Sequence record: NC_023568.1
DNA: 64,000 nucleotides
Strand: one strand, 5' to 3'
A program made the position numbers and the translations under genes. The notes under the pieces were generated by a model. That model saw only the letters and a program-made list of their open reading frames with translations. It made no database searches and was not told the DNA's origin. Shown one piece after another: positions 1-9,172 of this stretch; positions within the stretch are counted from its first letter, which is position 1; every line of letters begins with the position of its first letter.

Positions 1-383
1 ATCTCTGCGAACAAGTCATCGGCAGATTTCTCAAGTTCAGCTTCTTCTTGTGCGTCTAGCTGCTTGAGTTCTTCTTCTGGCTTATCTGCACAGCAGTTGT
101 ATTCCGCTTGAATTTCAGTTACGCCATTGCTGTTCATATACATGTGCATGAACAAGTATTCAGCATCACCAACCGTTAGGTCTTCCATCTTGATGTCTGA
201 AACAATACAGTTTTCAAGACATTGCTCGATTGCATCAACCTTTTCATCTGATTCGTTAGCGATCAACAGTGTTTTATGCTCTTTTGCAAGCATGGCACGT
301 AACTTGATCTCTTCGCCAGTAGATGGTAGTTTTACAGTATATTGAGGCGCAGCAAGTACGCTCAAATCAAATGGTTTTGTCAT
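1..383 (-). CDS. gp26: Baseplate hub subunit gp26 (5' part; runs off the left edge)
   Basis: Hand translation from the ATG at 383: MTKPFDLSVLAAPQYTVKLPSTGEEIKLRAMLAKEHKTLLIA, matching the gp26-type P-Y-V-LPSTG-I--R-L-KE-K-LL pattern. Not in the ORF track because it is truncated. Confidence 0.75.
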   Translation of the reverse strand, partial: MTKPFDLSVLAAPQYTVKLPSTGEEIKLRAMLAKEHKTLLIANESDEKVDAIEQCLENCIVSDIKMEDLTVGDAEYLFMHMYMNSNGVTEIQAEYNCCADKPEEELKQLDAQEEAELEKSADDLFAE

Positions 384-395
384 GATATTTTTGCC

Positions 396-1142
396 TTAAA
401 ATAAGTTTGGAAATGTTTCTGCCGCAGTATTGTAAATGCTGTTATATGTTTTTTCGAAATTCTGTGTTATATCTAACGTGTCTGCGATTGTGCTAGATAA
501 ATCTTCAGTCATGTACGTTGCACTTTCGTAAACAAATTCAACCTCGAATTCGGCAACTGCATTGCTATTTTCATAGCCCAACTGAACTCCACCGACTCGA
601 ATAGGAAACGCATTTTTTAAACTGGTCATAGTAACCATGTTCGCGTTGCGGTCGTACGTGTAAATCTCGATAGTGCGTGCGTAATTCGAGAAGAACCCGA
701 CTTGCGCAGAATCGTTTGAATAAATCTGTTTGAACCAACCTAATAGCATTTTACGCTCAGGGTGTGAGGGTGAAAGATACAGCGACATCGTTACCGTTTC
801 ATCAGTTTTCGTTTTGATTACATGATGCGGACGTCTTCTCGATCTATCAATATCTGTTTCGTATGATGACCCAGGTATATTTACTGATTTAACCATCATC
901 CCGATGTTTCGCTCGAATTCAAACCCACTACCGAATAACGCAGCAGTCGAGGCTAATGCATCTTTAACCCCGATACCGTTTACTCTAGTCGATGCAGCAT
1001 TCGAGAACGTTTCACCAGTGTTCATTAACTGCTTTGCTGTATCTTGCAGCGATGCAAAACGCACCGCATACAAGTTTTGTCTTGCTAAATCGTTCTTATT
1101 GATCTGAGATAAGAACTTTTTAACGTCAATACCGATTGCCAT
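396..1142 (-). CDS. gp54: Baseplate tail-tube initiator gp54 (gp19-like fold)
   Basis: N-terminal F...DLARQNLYAVRF, then VKSVNIPG, and C-terminal FPIRVGGVQLGYENSNAVAEFEVEFVYE: the tube-protein pattern of T4 gp54. Confidence 0.75.
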   Translation of the reverse strand: MAIGIDVKKFLSQINKNDLARQNLYAVRFASLQDTAKQLMNTGETFSNAASTRVNGIGVKDALASTAALFGSGFEFERNIGMMVKSVNIPGSSYETDIDRSRRRPHHVIKTKTDETVTMSLYLSPSHPERKMLLGWFKQIYSNDSAQVGFFSNYARTIEIYTYDRNANMVTMTSLKNAFPIRVGGVQLGYENSNAVAEFEVEFVYESATYMTEDLSSTIADTLDITQNFEKTYNSIYNTAAETFPNLF

Positions 1143-1145
1143 TCG

Positions 1146-1742
1146 TTATCTCCTTCTATAACGATCATCGTACGCACGAACAGCAGAAATGTTACGACCA
1201 TTTTTAGCAACGAATTGCTGTAGTGGCATGTGAATAACATTGTACCAATCATGTGGTTTGACTTCTTCAAGTGAACCTTTAATTCGCTTTAGAATGTACA
1301 ATTTAACCATATGTTTACTGAACTTGATGTTTTTCACTCGACCCCAATCAACCGATAGTCGAGTTGTGTTACTTACTGTTTTTGTAGTTGCGTATCGTAG
1401 TAAAATTGTTAAAAACTTCTCGCGATCTTTCGGTGGGATGTAGTGCAAGTTCAAGCCTAACATATATCCCTTTTCGACCCCGAGACAGATAATACACGGG
1501 AATTTATCCCAATACGGAAGTTTGTCTTTGTGTTTAGCATCATATGCGAATACATACATGTTGCCTTTGTGTGGTCGCTGTACTTTTCGACTACGTATTG
1601 CATCATGAACACGCTTTTTGAACCATGCTAATGATTTGCGTTGATTCTTCGCGATTGGTTGACGACCAAGCTCGTGCGTTTGAGCTTTGAAGCTATCAAG
1701 CAAACTTTCCTTTTTCTTCTTTGCTCGTTCTGGTCTAGCCAT
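1146..1742 (-). CDS. gp2: DNA end protector gp2
   Basis: GNMYVFAYDAKHKDKLPYWDKFP and GLNLHYIPP motifs; lies next to gp4 as in T4. Confidence 0.92.
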   Translation of the reverse strand: MARPERAKKKKESLLDSFKAQTHELGRQPIAKNQRKSLAWFKKRVHDAIRSRKVQRPHKGNMYVFAYDAKHKDKLPYWDKFPCIICLGVEKGYMLGLNLHYIPPKDREKFLTILLRYATTKTVSNTTRLSVDWGRVKNIKFSKHMVKLYILKRIKGSLEEVKPHDWYNVIHMPLQQFVAKNGRNISAVRAYDDRYRRR

Positions 1743-1743
1743 A

Positions 1744-2199
1744 TTACACTCTCAGTCCTATCAATTTTCTCAGTCCGTGTTCAGTCAAGACTTTGAATTG
1801 CCAACCTTTCTGCTTTGCGAATTTAATCGCAGCAGCCCATTTATCTTGATTCACTTGAAACGTATATACTTCTTTTAAAAGACGTTTCTTAGCCTTTTCA
1901 GTAAGCCTCTGTGGCTTCTCAGGCGGCATCGTTTCTTTGTGCGGTTTAATTTCAAATATGAATTCGCGCCCATCACTGAACTTCACGTAAAAGTCCATAA
2001 AATATCTACGTTTTTTCCCGCCGTCAGCCGAACTAACATATGGGATTACAATCTCTTCAGAATTCCAGCGAACTACGTGTGGGTTGTTGTCACACCAACG
2101 CATAAACGACAATTCCCATGAGCTTCTATACTCAATCTTTTGATAATTGCCTTTGTATTTTGACTTGTTCGACGGAACAAATTTTCCAGAATATGCCAT
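1744..2199 (-). CDS. gp4: Head completion nuclease gp4
   Basis: MAYSGKFVPSNKSKYKG, YRSSWE, RRYFMDF, EIKP and NQDKWAA motifs (TnsA-like PD-(D/E)xK). Confidence 0.95.
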   Translation of the reverse strand: MAYSGKFVPSNKSKYKGNYQKIEYRSSWELSFMRWCDNNPHVVRWNSEEIVIPYVSSADGGKKRRYFMDFYVKFSDGREFIFEIKPHKETMPPEKPQRLTEKAKKRLLKEVYTFQVNQDKWAAAIKFAKQKGWQFKVLTEHGLRKLIGLRV

Positions 2200-2217
2200 G
2201 TAGCGCCTCCTTTCATA

Positions 2218-2239
2218 TATTTAGTATCGCATCTAAATA
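2218..2239. promoter_or_regulatory. Divergent late promoters (ACTAAATA on -, TCTAAATA on +)
   Basis: One-mismatch variants of the T4 late TATAAATA box at 2218-2225 (-) and 2232-2239 (+), between divergent gp4 and gp48. Confidence 0.6.
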
Positions 2240-2266
2240 CAGATATATATTTTTAAAAAGGAGATC

Positions 2267-3403
2267 ATGAAAATGAATCTTACTAGTACAATCGCTGCAA
2301 AAAGTAGCACTCTAGTAGAAACAATATCAGGAGGAGTTCAAAGTACTACACAAGAGCTTTCGACAGGTGAAGATGTTACTAAACTCGGTCGTGACTCGAA
2401 TAATGTAGCATTGACATACCCGCTTAATTTAGGGGCTGAGTCTGGACACCCGAATTTCTTTATTTTTAGAGCGTATGACTTGGCACACACAACAAAACAA
2501 CACTATACGGACATGCGTAGTTCGTTTACTGCCGCGCAAACTGAAAATGAACAATCTGGTGAAGTTCCTAGCGAACTGAAGGCTACACTTGCACTTTACG
2601 CGCCTAATATCGTTGAAGAAGTGTCTCACGAATATGATAAAACACCGACTTCAGTGTTAAATGACTTTCTTGCTAGTGCAGCTTCAGCAGCAGGCTCAGA
2701 TACAGTGTCTGAAGGTGTTGATCGCGGTAAACGAGCAGTCGCGACAGCAGCAGGCGCAACACTGGCTCAGATTAAACGTTCATTCATTCAATCGAATGCA
2801 GCAGGACAGTTGGAGAAGAACAGCAGTGTCGTAACAGACAACGTGACTGTAACTGCGTATAAAGGTACAGCGCAGCGTACACAAACAATGGTATATCAAT
2901 TCCACCCTAAGTCGTTAGATGAATTGAAAGTAGTTGCAGAGATTATAAAGACGTTCTATGGGCTATCGTTGCCAGTGAAAGGTCAGATTGATTCGCAGTT
3001 ATTAGATACAGGTACAGCAAATTTAGGTTCAGGTTTTGCAGCAGGTTTTGCGAAATACGCGACTTTATTGAAAACTCCGCCTGTATGGATGATTGAAGAA
3101 GTGTCAGACACAGACGCGACGCGATACACACCTCGCTTTATTTTCGGTCCAGCGGGTATCACGTCTGTGAAGTTGAATCGTACACCTGATCAGTACTGGC
3201 GCACATTTAGAGGTACGGCTGGTGACCCAGCGGGTATTGAGCTTGAGATTACATTTAGCGAACTTATCCCACTTGATCGTGCTATGTATCAACGCGACCT
3301 TAACAGTAATGTTCGAGGTTATGACAGTGGAACGAAAACGGCTAGTGGTAGTAATACAAACTCTGGTTCGTTCTTTGGTGATATTGAGGGATTGATTAAA
3401 TGA
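2267..3403 (+). CDS. gp48: Baseplate tail-tube cap gp48
   Basis: LTYPLNL...FFIFRAY, RTQTMVYQFHPKS, FGPAGITSVKLNRTPD and IELEITFSELIPLDR; precedes gp53. Confidence 0.85.
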   Translation: MKMNLTSTIAAKSSTLVETISGGVQSTTQELSTGEDVTKLGRDSNNVALTYPLNLGAESGHPNFFIFRAYDLAHTTKQHYTDMRSSFTAAQTENEQSGEVPSELKATLALYAPNIVEEVSHEYDKTPTSVLNDFLASAASAAGSDTVSEGVDRGKRAVATAAGATLAQIKRSFIQSNAAGQLEKNSSVVTDNVTVTAYKGTAQRTQTMVYQFHPKSLDELKVVAEIIKTFYGLSLPVKGQIDSQLLDTGTANLGSGFAAGFAKYATLLKTPPVWMIEEVSDTDATRYTPRFIFGPAGITSVKLNRTPDQYWRTFRGTAGDPAGIELEITFSELIPLDRAMYQRDLNSNVRGYDSGTKTASGSNTNSGSFFGDIEGLIK

Positions 3404-3978
3404 TTTTTTCGATATTTGAAAAGACTGATTATCAAGGGGTTGAAACTGCGGACATATTCAAGAATTTGAATTATTATCATAAGCAGATCATCCCGTCGTT
3501 TACGACGATTCAGTATAAAATCAGGGGTGATTATCGCCCTGAACAAATTGCATATGAATTGTACGGTGACACGTCGTTGTATTGGTTGATATTACTTCTC
3601 AATCAGCGCGTTGACCCGTTTTATGATTGGGTTCAGCCCAATGAATCTGTAGCTGAGAATGCTATTTATCGTTATCAGTATATTGGTGGGAATGAGCAAG
3701 TTCATCATCACGTCGATGAACAAGGTCGTTGGTGGTTTGATATGATTGAAGACCCTGAAAACCCGCGTAATTGGTATAACAAGTTCGACTGGGAAAATAA
3801 TGTACCTGAAGAAGGTCAGGAAGATTTTCGAGAACTGTTGTATCACGGCGTTATGATTCCAGTATCAGTTGATGAGTTTGAGTTCAATAAGAATGAAACG
3901 AATCGCGTGATTAACATTCTTTCGCGTGACGATATTAGTACATACATCAGCACGTTTATGAAATTAGCAGGGGTATAA
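3400..3978 (+). CDS. gp53: Baseplate wedge gp53
   Basis: YKIRGDYRPEQIAYELYGDTSLYWLILLLN..DPFYDW LysM-like gp53 motif. Confidence 0.93.
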   Translation: MIFSIFEKTDYQGVETADIFKNLNYYHKQIIPSFTTIQYKIRGDYRPEQIAYELYGDTSLYWLILLLNQRVDPFYDWVQPNESVAENAIYRYQYIGGNEQVHHHVDEQGRWWFDMIEDPENPRNWYNKFDWENNVPEEGQEDFRELLYHGVMIPVSVDEFEFNKNETNRVINILSRDDISTYISTFMKLAGV

Positions 3979-3979
3979 C

Positions 3980-5251
3980 ATGTTTGAAATGCGCTCCGCT
4001 AACCCAATTGAGAACTTTGTGGTTAGCAAAATTCACATTCGTGGTGTTGATTTCGCCTCGGCTGTTGAAAATGAAATCACACACATGGAAATTTATGAGT
4101 CGCTTGACGGGTTAGTTTCGGGCATGTTCATGTTCACAGATTCAGTCGGAATCGTAGACACTGTTCGAATGACGGGGTTTGAAGCTATCGATGTTGATTT
4201 TGCTTCATATGTCGGGGAGCAAGCAAATAAGGTATATCGAAAAACGTTTCGTGCTACTGGCATATCAAGAATGCCGTCAACGACTGGTGGTTTCGAAACT
4301 ATAATTGTTCGTTTTACTAATAATCTATTGACATTGAATGATTACGTTAAACGCCCGTATGTGTTCAAGAAAACTAGTATATCGAACATAATCAAAACGA
4401 TTTTAGACAATTTGGGTGATGAGAAGCCCGTGTATGAAATTGAATCTTCTCTTTATCAACGTGATTACGTGACCCAGATCGGTAAACCTTACGACATCAT
4501 CAGCAGTCTTGTAGACCATGCAAGTACTGACGTGAATAACAGTTGTAAGTTCATGTTTTACGAAGATCGGGACTCGGTTAAATTCACGTCTCTCGGTACG
4601 ATCAGAAACAAAGATTACGATTATATAATTCGTAAAGGTGCTGATACAGGTGACGGTAAATGGACATCTGGTCGCGGTAAAACAATCACAGCATTGCGCG
4701 TTGTGGTGAAAGAACAGTCTAATATGCATGAGATTTCTAGTGGTTTATTCGGTTCTAGAACATATTCTCATAGTTTAATTCGCAAAAAGTTGACGACTAA
4801 AGATGTTCGTCGTGGTGATTATATTGAAAAGGTTGGGATTTTAAATGACAAAGCTCATATGTACACGAGTGAATCAGAATTTCCTAGTGAAGTTCCAGTA
4901 ACCGAACAACCGTTGAATAGCATTCAATTGATATCAAACGACGGCTTTTACGAGCATGACAATAAACACCCTTTGGGGTCTGTTCATGGCGTTTCATTAA
5001 TGGAAGAAACGTACTTGAATGCAAAACAGATACTTGTAGAAATACCAGGTAATACGAACATTACAGTTGGTGATGTTGTGTTTCTTGACTATCACGCAGT
5101 AACTGGTGACAACCATTCGAGTCTTGATGTGTCAGGGAAATGGATTGTTCATGAATTGAAGCATCGCGTTGAGCCTAATTCATTCATTACTACGCTTGAA
5201 TTATCAAGTGACTCGTCGATGAATGTAGCAGTTGCGGGGAGCAAGAAATAA
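3980..5251 (+). CDS. gp27: Baseplate hub gp27-like
   Basis: IYESLDGLVSGMFMFTDS, FMFYEDR and VEIPGNTNITVGDVV..GKWIVHELKH hub pattern; directly before gp5. Confidence 0.7.
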   Translation: MFEMRSANPIENFVVSKIHIRGVDFASAVENEITHMEIYESLDGLVSGMFMFTDSVGIVDTVRMTGFEAIDVDFASYVGEQANKVYRKTFRATGISRMPSTTGGFETIIVRFTNNLLTLNDYVKRPYVFKKTSISNIIKTILDNLGDEKPVYEIESSLYQRDYVTQIGKPYDIISSLVDHASTDVNNSCKFMFYEDRDSVKFTSLGTIRNKDYDYIIRKGADTGDGKWTSGRGKTITALRVVVKEQSNMHEISSGLFGSRTYSHSLIRKKLTTKDVRRGDYIEKVGILNDKAHMYTSESEFPSEVPVTEQPLNSIQLISNDGFYEHDNKHPLGSVHGVSLMEETYLNAKQILVEIPGNTNITVGDVVFLDYHAVTGDNHSSLDVSGKWIVHELKHRVEPNSFITTLELSSDSSMNVAVAGSKK

Positions 5252-6468
5252 TGTTTATGGGATTAGATGGGTTTGATTGGTGGACTGGTGTTGTTGAAGA
5301 TAGAACAAACGACCCACTCAAACTCGGTAGAATTAAAGTCAGAATGATTGGGTTTCACCCTGAGAAGAAAAGTTCAAATCAAGGTATTCGAACTGAAGAA
5401 CTTCTTTGGGTTCACCCTATGCAGTCGCTTGATAACGCTGCGATGAACGGGATTGGTAATACACCAATAGGGGTAGTTGAAGGCACATGGGTATTCGGCT
5501 TTTTCAGAGATAAGTTGCATCAAGATGCAATTGCGATGGGTGTTTTGCCCGGTATACCTGAAGAATTAGCTAACGGCAGTAAGGGGTTTAATGACCCAAA
5601 CGAAAAATACCCGTTAGCTGATAAACTTAATGAGCCCGATACAAACCGTTTAGCTCGAAACGATGTAGATCCCGATGTGTATGATGAAAACCAATCTCAG
5701 AGCGATTTTGATAGTGGCGATGCGCCTTATGTGTATAGACCACATGAAATAATCGCTAGTAAACGCGCAGCCGAAGAGAAAGACATTCCGATTGCGGGAT
5801 ATAATCAAAACGGTCCCGTTTATAACGAGAAAGGGACGCCGTACGCAGCGCAGTACCCGTTCAATCATGTACACGAGTCTGAATCTGGGCACATCAGAGA
5901 GGTTGATGACACAGAGGGTGCAGAGCGTTTACATACGTATCATCGAACAGGTACATTTGAAGAAATTCACCCTGACGGTAGTAAAGTTACAAAGATTGTT
6001 GGTGATGATTTTGAGATTGTTCAAAAAGATCAGAATGTCTTTATCAAAGGGAACTTGAATATAACCGTTGTCGGTGACGCGACGTTCTATTGTCAGCAAA
6101 ATGTCACGCAGCAAGTTGATGGTGATTTGAAGCAGCATGTTAAGGGTAATGTTGATCAGCATGTTGAAATGAATGTTACTCAAACAGTTGATAAAGATGT
6201 TAGTCAGACAGTGCATCAGAACGTCACACAGAACGTTGACGGGAATGTTAATCAAACTGTGGGCGGGAATGTTCAAAGTAACGTCACGGGCGATTACACG
6301 CAGAATATCAGCGGTAATTACACAATAACAGTCGGTGGCTCGATGTCAGAAAGCGTTAGTTCGTCTTATACACGTTCGGCGTCATCAATTAGTGATGACG
6401 GTGGTGGCGCAACGCTTAGTCTCGCAGGGGCTGCGGCATTAGACGGTTCAACAGTGAGCCTAGGGTAA
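5251..6468 (+). CDS. gp5: Baseplate spike gp5 (OB fold plus beta-helix, no lysozyme domain)
   Basis: WWTGVVEDR..DPLKLGRIKVR, YPFNHVHESESGHIREVDDT and 8-aa V-x-G-N-x-x-x-x repeats. Confidence 0.93.
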   Translation: MFMGLDGFDWWTGVVEDRTNDPLKLGRIKVRMIGFHPEKKSSNQGIRTEELLWVHPMQSLDNAAMNGIGNTPIGVVEGTWVFGFFRDKLHQDAIAMGVLPGIPEELANGSKGFNDPNEKYPLADKLNEPDTNRLARNDVDPDVYDENQSQSDFDSGDAPYVYRPHEIIASKRAAEEKDIPIAGYNQNGPVYNEKGTPYAAQYPFNHVHESESGHIREVDDTEGAERLHTYHRTGTFEEIHPDGSKVTKIVGDDFEIVQKDQNVFIKGNLNITVVGDATFYCQQNVTQQVDGDLKQHVKGNVDQHVEMNVTQTVDKDVSQTVHQNVTQNVDGNVNQTVGGNVQSNVTGDYTQNISGNYTITVGGSMSESVSSSYTRSASSISDDGGGATLSLAGAAALDGSTVSLG

Positions 6469-6472
6469 TTGA

Positions 6473-6958
6473 ATGGCTAGTATTACACCAATCACTTTAC
6501 CGATCATTACAGAAGGGGAGAACGTCGATGTGACGTTCTCCGCGGTTATGGACGAAGGTGAGACACTTGTTCAGATATCAATAACTGATCATCGGGCGAA
6601 TGCGGGTATTAATGTCTCAGGCGCAAGATATTACGGTCAGTATCAAGATTCGTTTGATCTGGGACCTAGTGGTCTGAAATACAGGGATACACGAGACAAT
6701 AGCTATCATGAAGTGAGTAGATTTAGCGATCTACCGAACAACCCTGAACATGGTCACGTGTATCGATTCGAAGCGCCGAGCGTGTTATCAACTGAATACA
6801 CATATACAGTTACAGTTGATTACGAATACGAAGACCCGCTTGTACCGGGAGTAATTGAAGAGCGGCAGCTCGTTGAAACATTTACTCAGAACGTTAAAGG
6901 TAAGTGGGATACATGGGCGCAGCAACTTAGAGATTATATAGCAGCAGGAGGTAACTAA
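6473..6958 (+). CDS. gp5.1: gp5.1-like baseplate protein
   Basis: VDVTFSAVMDEGETLV, LKYRD, YTYTVTVDYEY and VKGKWDTWAQQLRDYI match the T4 gp5.1 pattern and position. Confidence 0.8.
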   Translation: MASITPITLPIITEGENVDVTFSAVMDEGETLVQISITDHRANAGINVSGARYYGQYQDSFDLGPSGLKYRDTRDNSYHEVSRFSDLPNNPEHGHVYRFEAPSVLSTEYTYTVTVDYEYEDPLVPGVIEERQLVETFTQNVKGKWDTWAQQLRDYIAAGGN

Positions 6959-7254
6959 TGCCAGCTCTAGCAGGTGCAGATGAACCAACAACAGGTCACG
7001 GGACATACCCGCCAACAGTAGTAACGGGTGGGAGTGGGAAAGTAACAGTGCAAGGTAAGCCTGCGTTGTCTAAAGATAACTTAGTTCACGTAACGCACTG
7101 TAATACAGTACCGAACTATGATTGTCATGCAGGTAGCGCAGCGACTTTTAGTCCGAAAGTGTTTATAGAAGGGAGTAATGCAATCCGTATCGGTGACACG
7201 CTAACATGTGGCGATACGGTTGCAGGGGGCGCAGGGAAGGTTACAAGTTCTTAG
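6958..7254 (+). CDS. gp5.4: PAAR spike-tip protein gp5.4
   Basis: GHGTYPPT, KVTVQGKPAL, VTHC..CH and KVFIEGSNAIRIGDTLTCG. Confidence 0.9.
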   Translation: MPALAGADEPTTGHGTYPPTVVTGGSGKVTVQGKPALSKDNLVHVTHCNTVPNYDCHAGSAATFSPKVFIEGSNAIRIGDTLTCGDTVAGGAGKVTSS

Positions 7255-7600
7255 TGTGATTTTTGATACGCTCTTCGCTGTCTAGCGTAGTAACATCAAC
7301 ATCTTCAGCTTTGAATGACTTGTCTTCTAGTACAGGTGCTTCAAGCTCAGTGAATTCGTCTACTTTGTACTTGGCTGTGTCGTTGACTGCTTCGTTCATG
7401 GTAGGACGAGTAATTGGCGACGTTGCAATTTTAAAACCACTCGCAGCAACTGTGAGTAGAAGTGCAGCAGTGATGATTTTACCGTAAGGTAGTTTAATGT
7501 CTAGCTTGAAAATCTTCGCCATGAAGAAAGACACTGCTAGAATTAGAAGTAATATTACAAACATGCCAATAATTGGCAAAACAGGTAGAAGAAATTCCAT
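7241..7600 (-). CDS. Hypothetical membrane protein with two N-terminal TM helices
   Basis: Two hydrophobic stretches (aa ~3-30 and ~42-58), RBS AAGGA, downstream of the SPFH gene. Confidence 0.75.
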   Translation of the reverse strand: MEFLLPVLPIIGMFVILLLILAVSFFMAKIFKLDIKLPYGKIITAALLLTVAASGFKIATSPITRPTMNEAVNDTAKYKVDEFTELEAPVLEDKSFKAEDVDVTTLDSEERIKNHTKNL

Positions 7601-7619
7601 TACGTTTCCTTTTTAAGAG

Positions 7620-7640
7620 AGGGCAGTGAAACACTGCCCT
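7620..7640. terminator. Hairpin AGGGCAGTG-AAA-CACTGCCCT
   Basis: Perfect 9-bp stem, followed by only a short T run on +. Confidence 0.5.
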
Positions 7641-7649
7641 TTGTGGTTA

Positions 7650-8525
7650 TTATTTGATTGGTGTTTGTACTGCGATATCATCAAGCATTTTCGTTGGTAC
7701 GAACACTTTGTTATTCGACTTCGCAAGTTCACGTAGAGTTTTTTGCTCTTCGATGAATCGTACGTTAGAGTTCATCAGCTTGTCAGCTACTAGCTTTTTA
7801 GTTTCAGCTTCGTACAGTTCGATTTCACGCTGACGCTTTGACACTTCTTCACGAGTTGTGATTTGTAGCAAGTCTAGCTTACGTTGTGCTTTAACTGTGT
7901 CTTCTTCTTGACGACGTTCAGCAGATTTGATTTGTGCGTCTGTGATTGTCTTAGGGTAATCTACGTTAGTAACACCCACGACTTTAAGAACGAACGGCGT
8001 ATCTTTCAGCTCTTGATTCAAGCGATTAAGAACGAACGAGTTCAGTTTTTGACGTTCAGATGCAACCTGTTTGATGCTGTATTCAGCTACAATACTAGGT
8101 ACAATCGTATTCAGTTTAGCTTTCGCATAACGTTTAAACACGTCTTTCTGATCAATTACACCTAGCTGATCTGTCTGTGCTCGGAACGGTACTTTAGCGA
8201 ATACGAAGTTGTACTTCGCAGGGTCAATCGCCATCGTCATTTCGACTGAGTAAGCAAGCATAAGCTCATCTTTTGGCATGAACGTGTTGAAGTTCATTTG
8301 GTAGAAGCTGTCAGATACGTCAAGAAGTACTAGACGATCTGGGTAGCGCCATGCCCAATCGAGACGAAATTTAGACGGTTGTCGCGGCTCTGCTTCTAAA
8401 TTGAAGCCATTAGGCGTTTGAATCTTACCGACGAAACCCGTTGGGATTTCAGCAGGTGTGCCACAGCCTACAAGTGCTAGACCTAGCGCAGATACTGATA
8501 ATAGTTTTGCAAGTTTCTTAAACAT
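7650..8525 (-). CDS. SPFH/band-7 domain lipoprotein
   Basis: Signal peptide with lipobox LALVGC, EIPTGFVGKI, FVLKVVGVTNVDYPKTI, and a C-terminal coiled coil ending NNKVFVP. Confidence 0.8.
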   Translation of the reverse strand: MFKKLAKLLSVSALGLALVGCGTPAEIPTGFVGKIQTPNGFNLEAEPRQPSKFRLDWAWRYPDRLVLLDVSDSFYQMNFNTFMPKDELMLAYSVEMTMAIDPAKYNFVFAKVPFRAQTDQLGVIDQKDVFKRYAKAKLNTIVPSIVAEYSIKQVASERQKLNSFVLNRLNQELKDTPFVLKVVGVTNVDYPKTITDAQIKSAERRQEEDTVKAQRKLDLLQITTREEVSKRQREIELYEAETKKLVADKLMNSNVRFIEEQKTLRELAKSNNKVFVPTKMLDDIAVQTPIK

Positions 8526-8599
8526 GTTTTGCTCTCTTAGTTAATGAAGTTAATATCACAATCTATTTTGTTTGTGCGCTTCGTTGCGCTGAGGAGTAC

Positions 8600-8628
8600 A
8601 TAATAGGTAAATAAGATATGCCTGTCAA
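8600..8628 (-). promoter_or_regulatory. Sigma70-type early promoter for the SPFH operon
   Basis: TTGACA-17 bp-TATTAT on the - strand. Confidence 0.8.
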
Positions 8629-8636
8629 CACTTTTC

Positions 8637-8644
8637 TATAAATA
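8637..8644 (+). promoter_or_regulatory. Late promoter for gp25
   Basis: Exact TATAAATA 23 nt upstream of the ATG. Confidence 0.85.
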
Positions 8645-8667
8645 AATTTAAAATCGGAGAAAAAACT

Positions 8668-9087
8668 ATGGCAATTGCAGAGTTGAACACGTTAAAGCCA
8701 GGGAGTTTCTATTTCAGTGACATCCCTGCAAACTTTAATAAAAGTGTTGTAAACAATGACTTGAGCGCATCGTATGACTTAAAAGCAATACAAGAATCTA
8801 TCGTAGGTATCGTGAGTACGAATAAAGGAGAACGACCGTTCAACCCTGAATTCGGCTGTGACATTAACAATCAATTGTTTGAGAATATTTCTCCAGCAAG
8901 CGCGTTCTCAATTAAATATAGTATTGAAAACGCAATTTCAAGATGGGAACCTCGTGTTGCTATTCAGCGAATTGATGTCATCCCTGTATATGATGAAAAC
9001 ACGTATGACGTGTCTATACAGTATCACTTAAAAACTAACTTCGATAGATTGTTTGCCTTGTCAACTAGACTAGTAAATCGTCTATAA
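8668..9087 (+). CDS. gp25: Baseplate wedge gp25
   Basis: FYFSDI, AIQESIVGIVSTNKGERPFNPEFGC and ISRWEPRV. Confidence 0.95.
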   Translation: MAIAELNTLKPGSFYFSDIPANFNKSVVNNDLSASYDLKAIQESIVGIVSTNKGERPFNPEFGCDINNQLFENISPASAFSIKYSIENAISRWEPRVAIQRIDVIPVYDENTYDVSIQYHLKTNFDRLFALSTRLVNRL

Positions 9088-9092
9088 ACGAT

Positions 9093-9118
9093 AGCCCGCT
9101 CATTGAGTGGGCTTTTTT
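9093..9118 (+). terminator. Intrinsic terminator after gp25
   Basis: AGCCCGCTC-ATT-GAGTGGGCT followed by a T run. Confidence 0.8.
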
Positions 9119-9172
9119 GTATATTAAATATAAGAAACGAAATTTACATAATTTTACCAACAGGGGAATAAC

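Noticed and set aside
5929-6276. 115-aa antisense ORF (and similar ones at 35882-36391, 28124-28486, 58803-59255)
   Set aside because: Shadow frames opposite real genes, caused by repeat or codon bias; no RBS or promoter.
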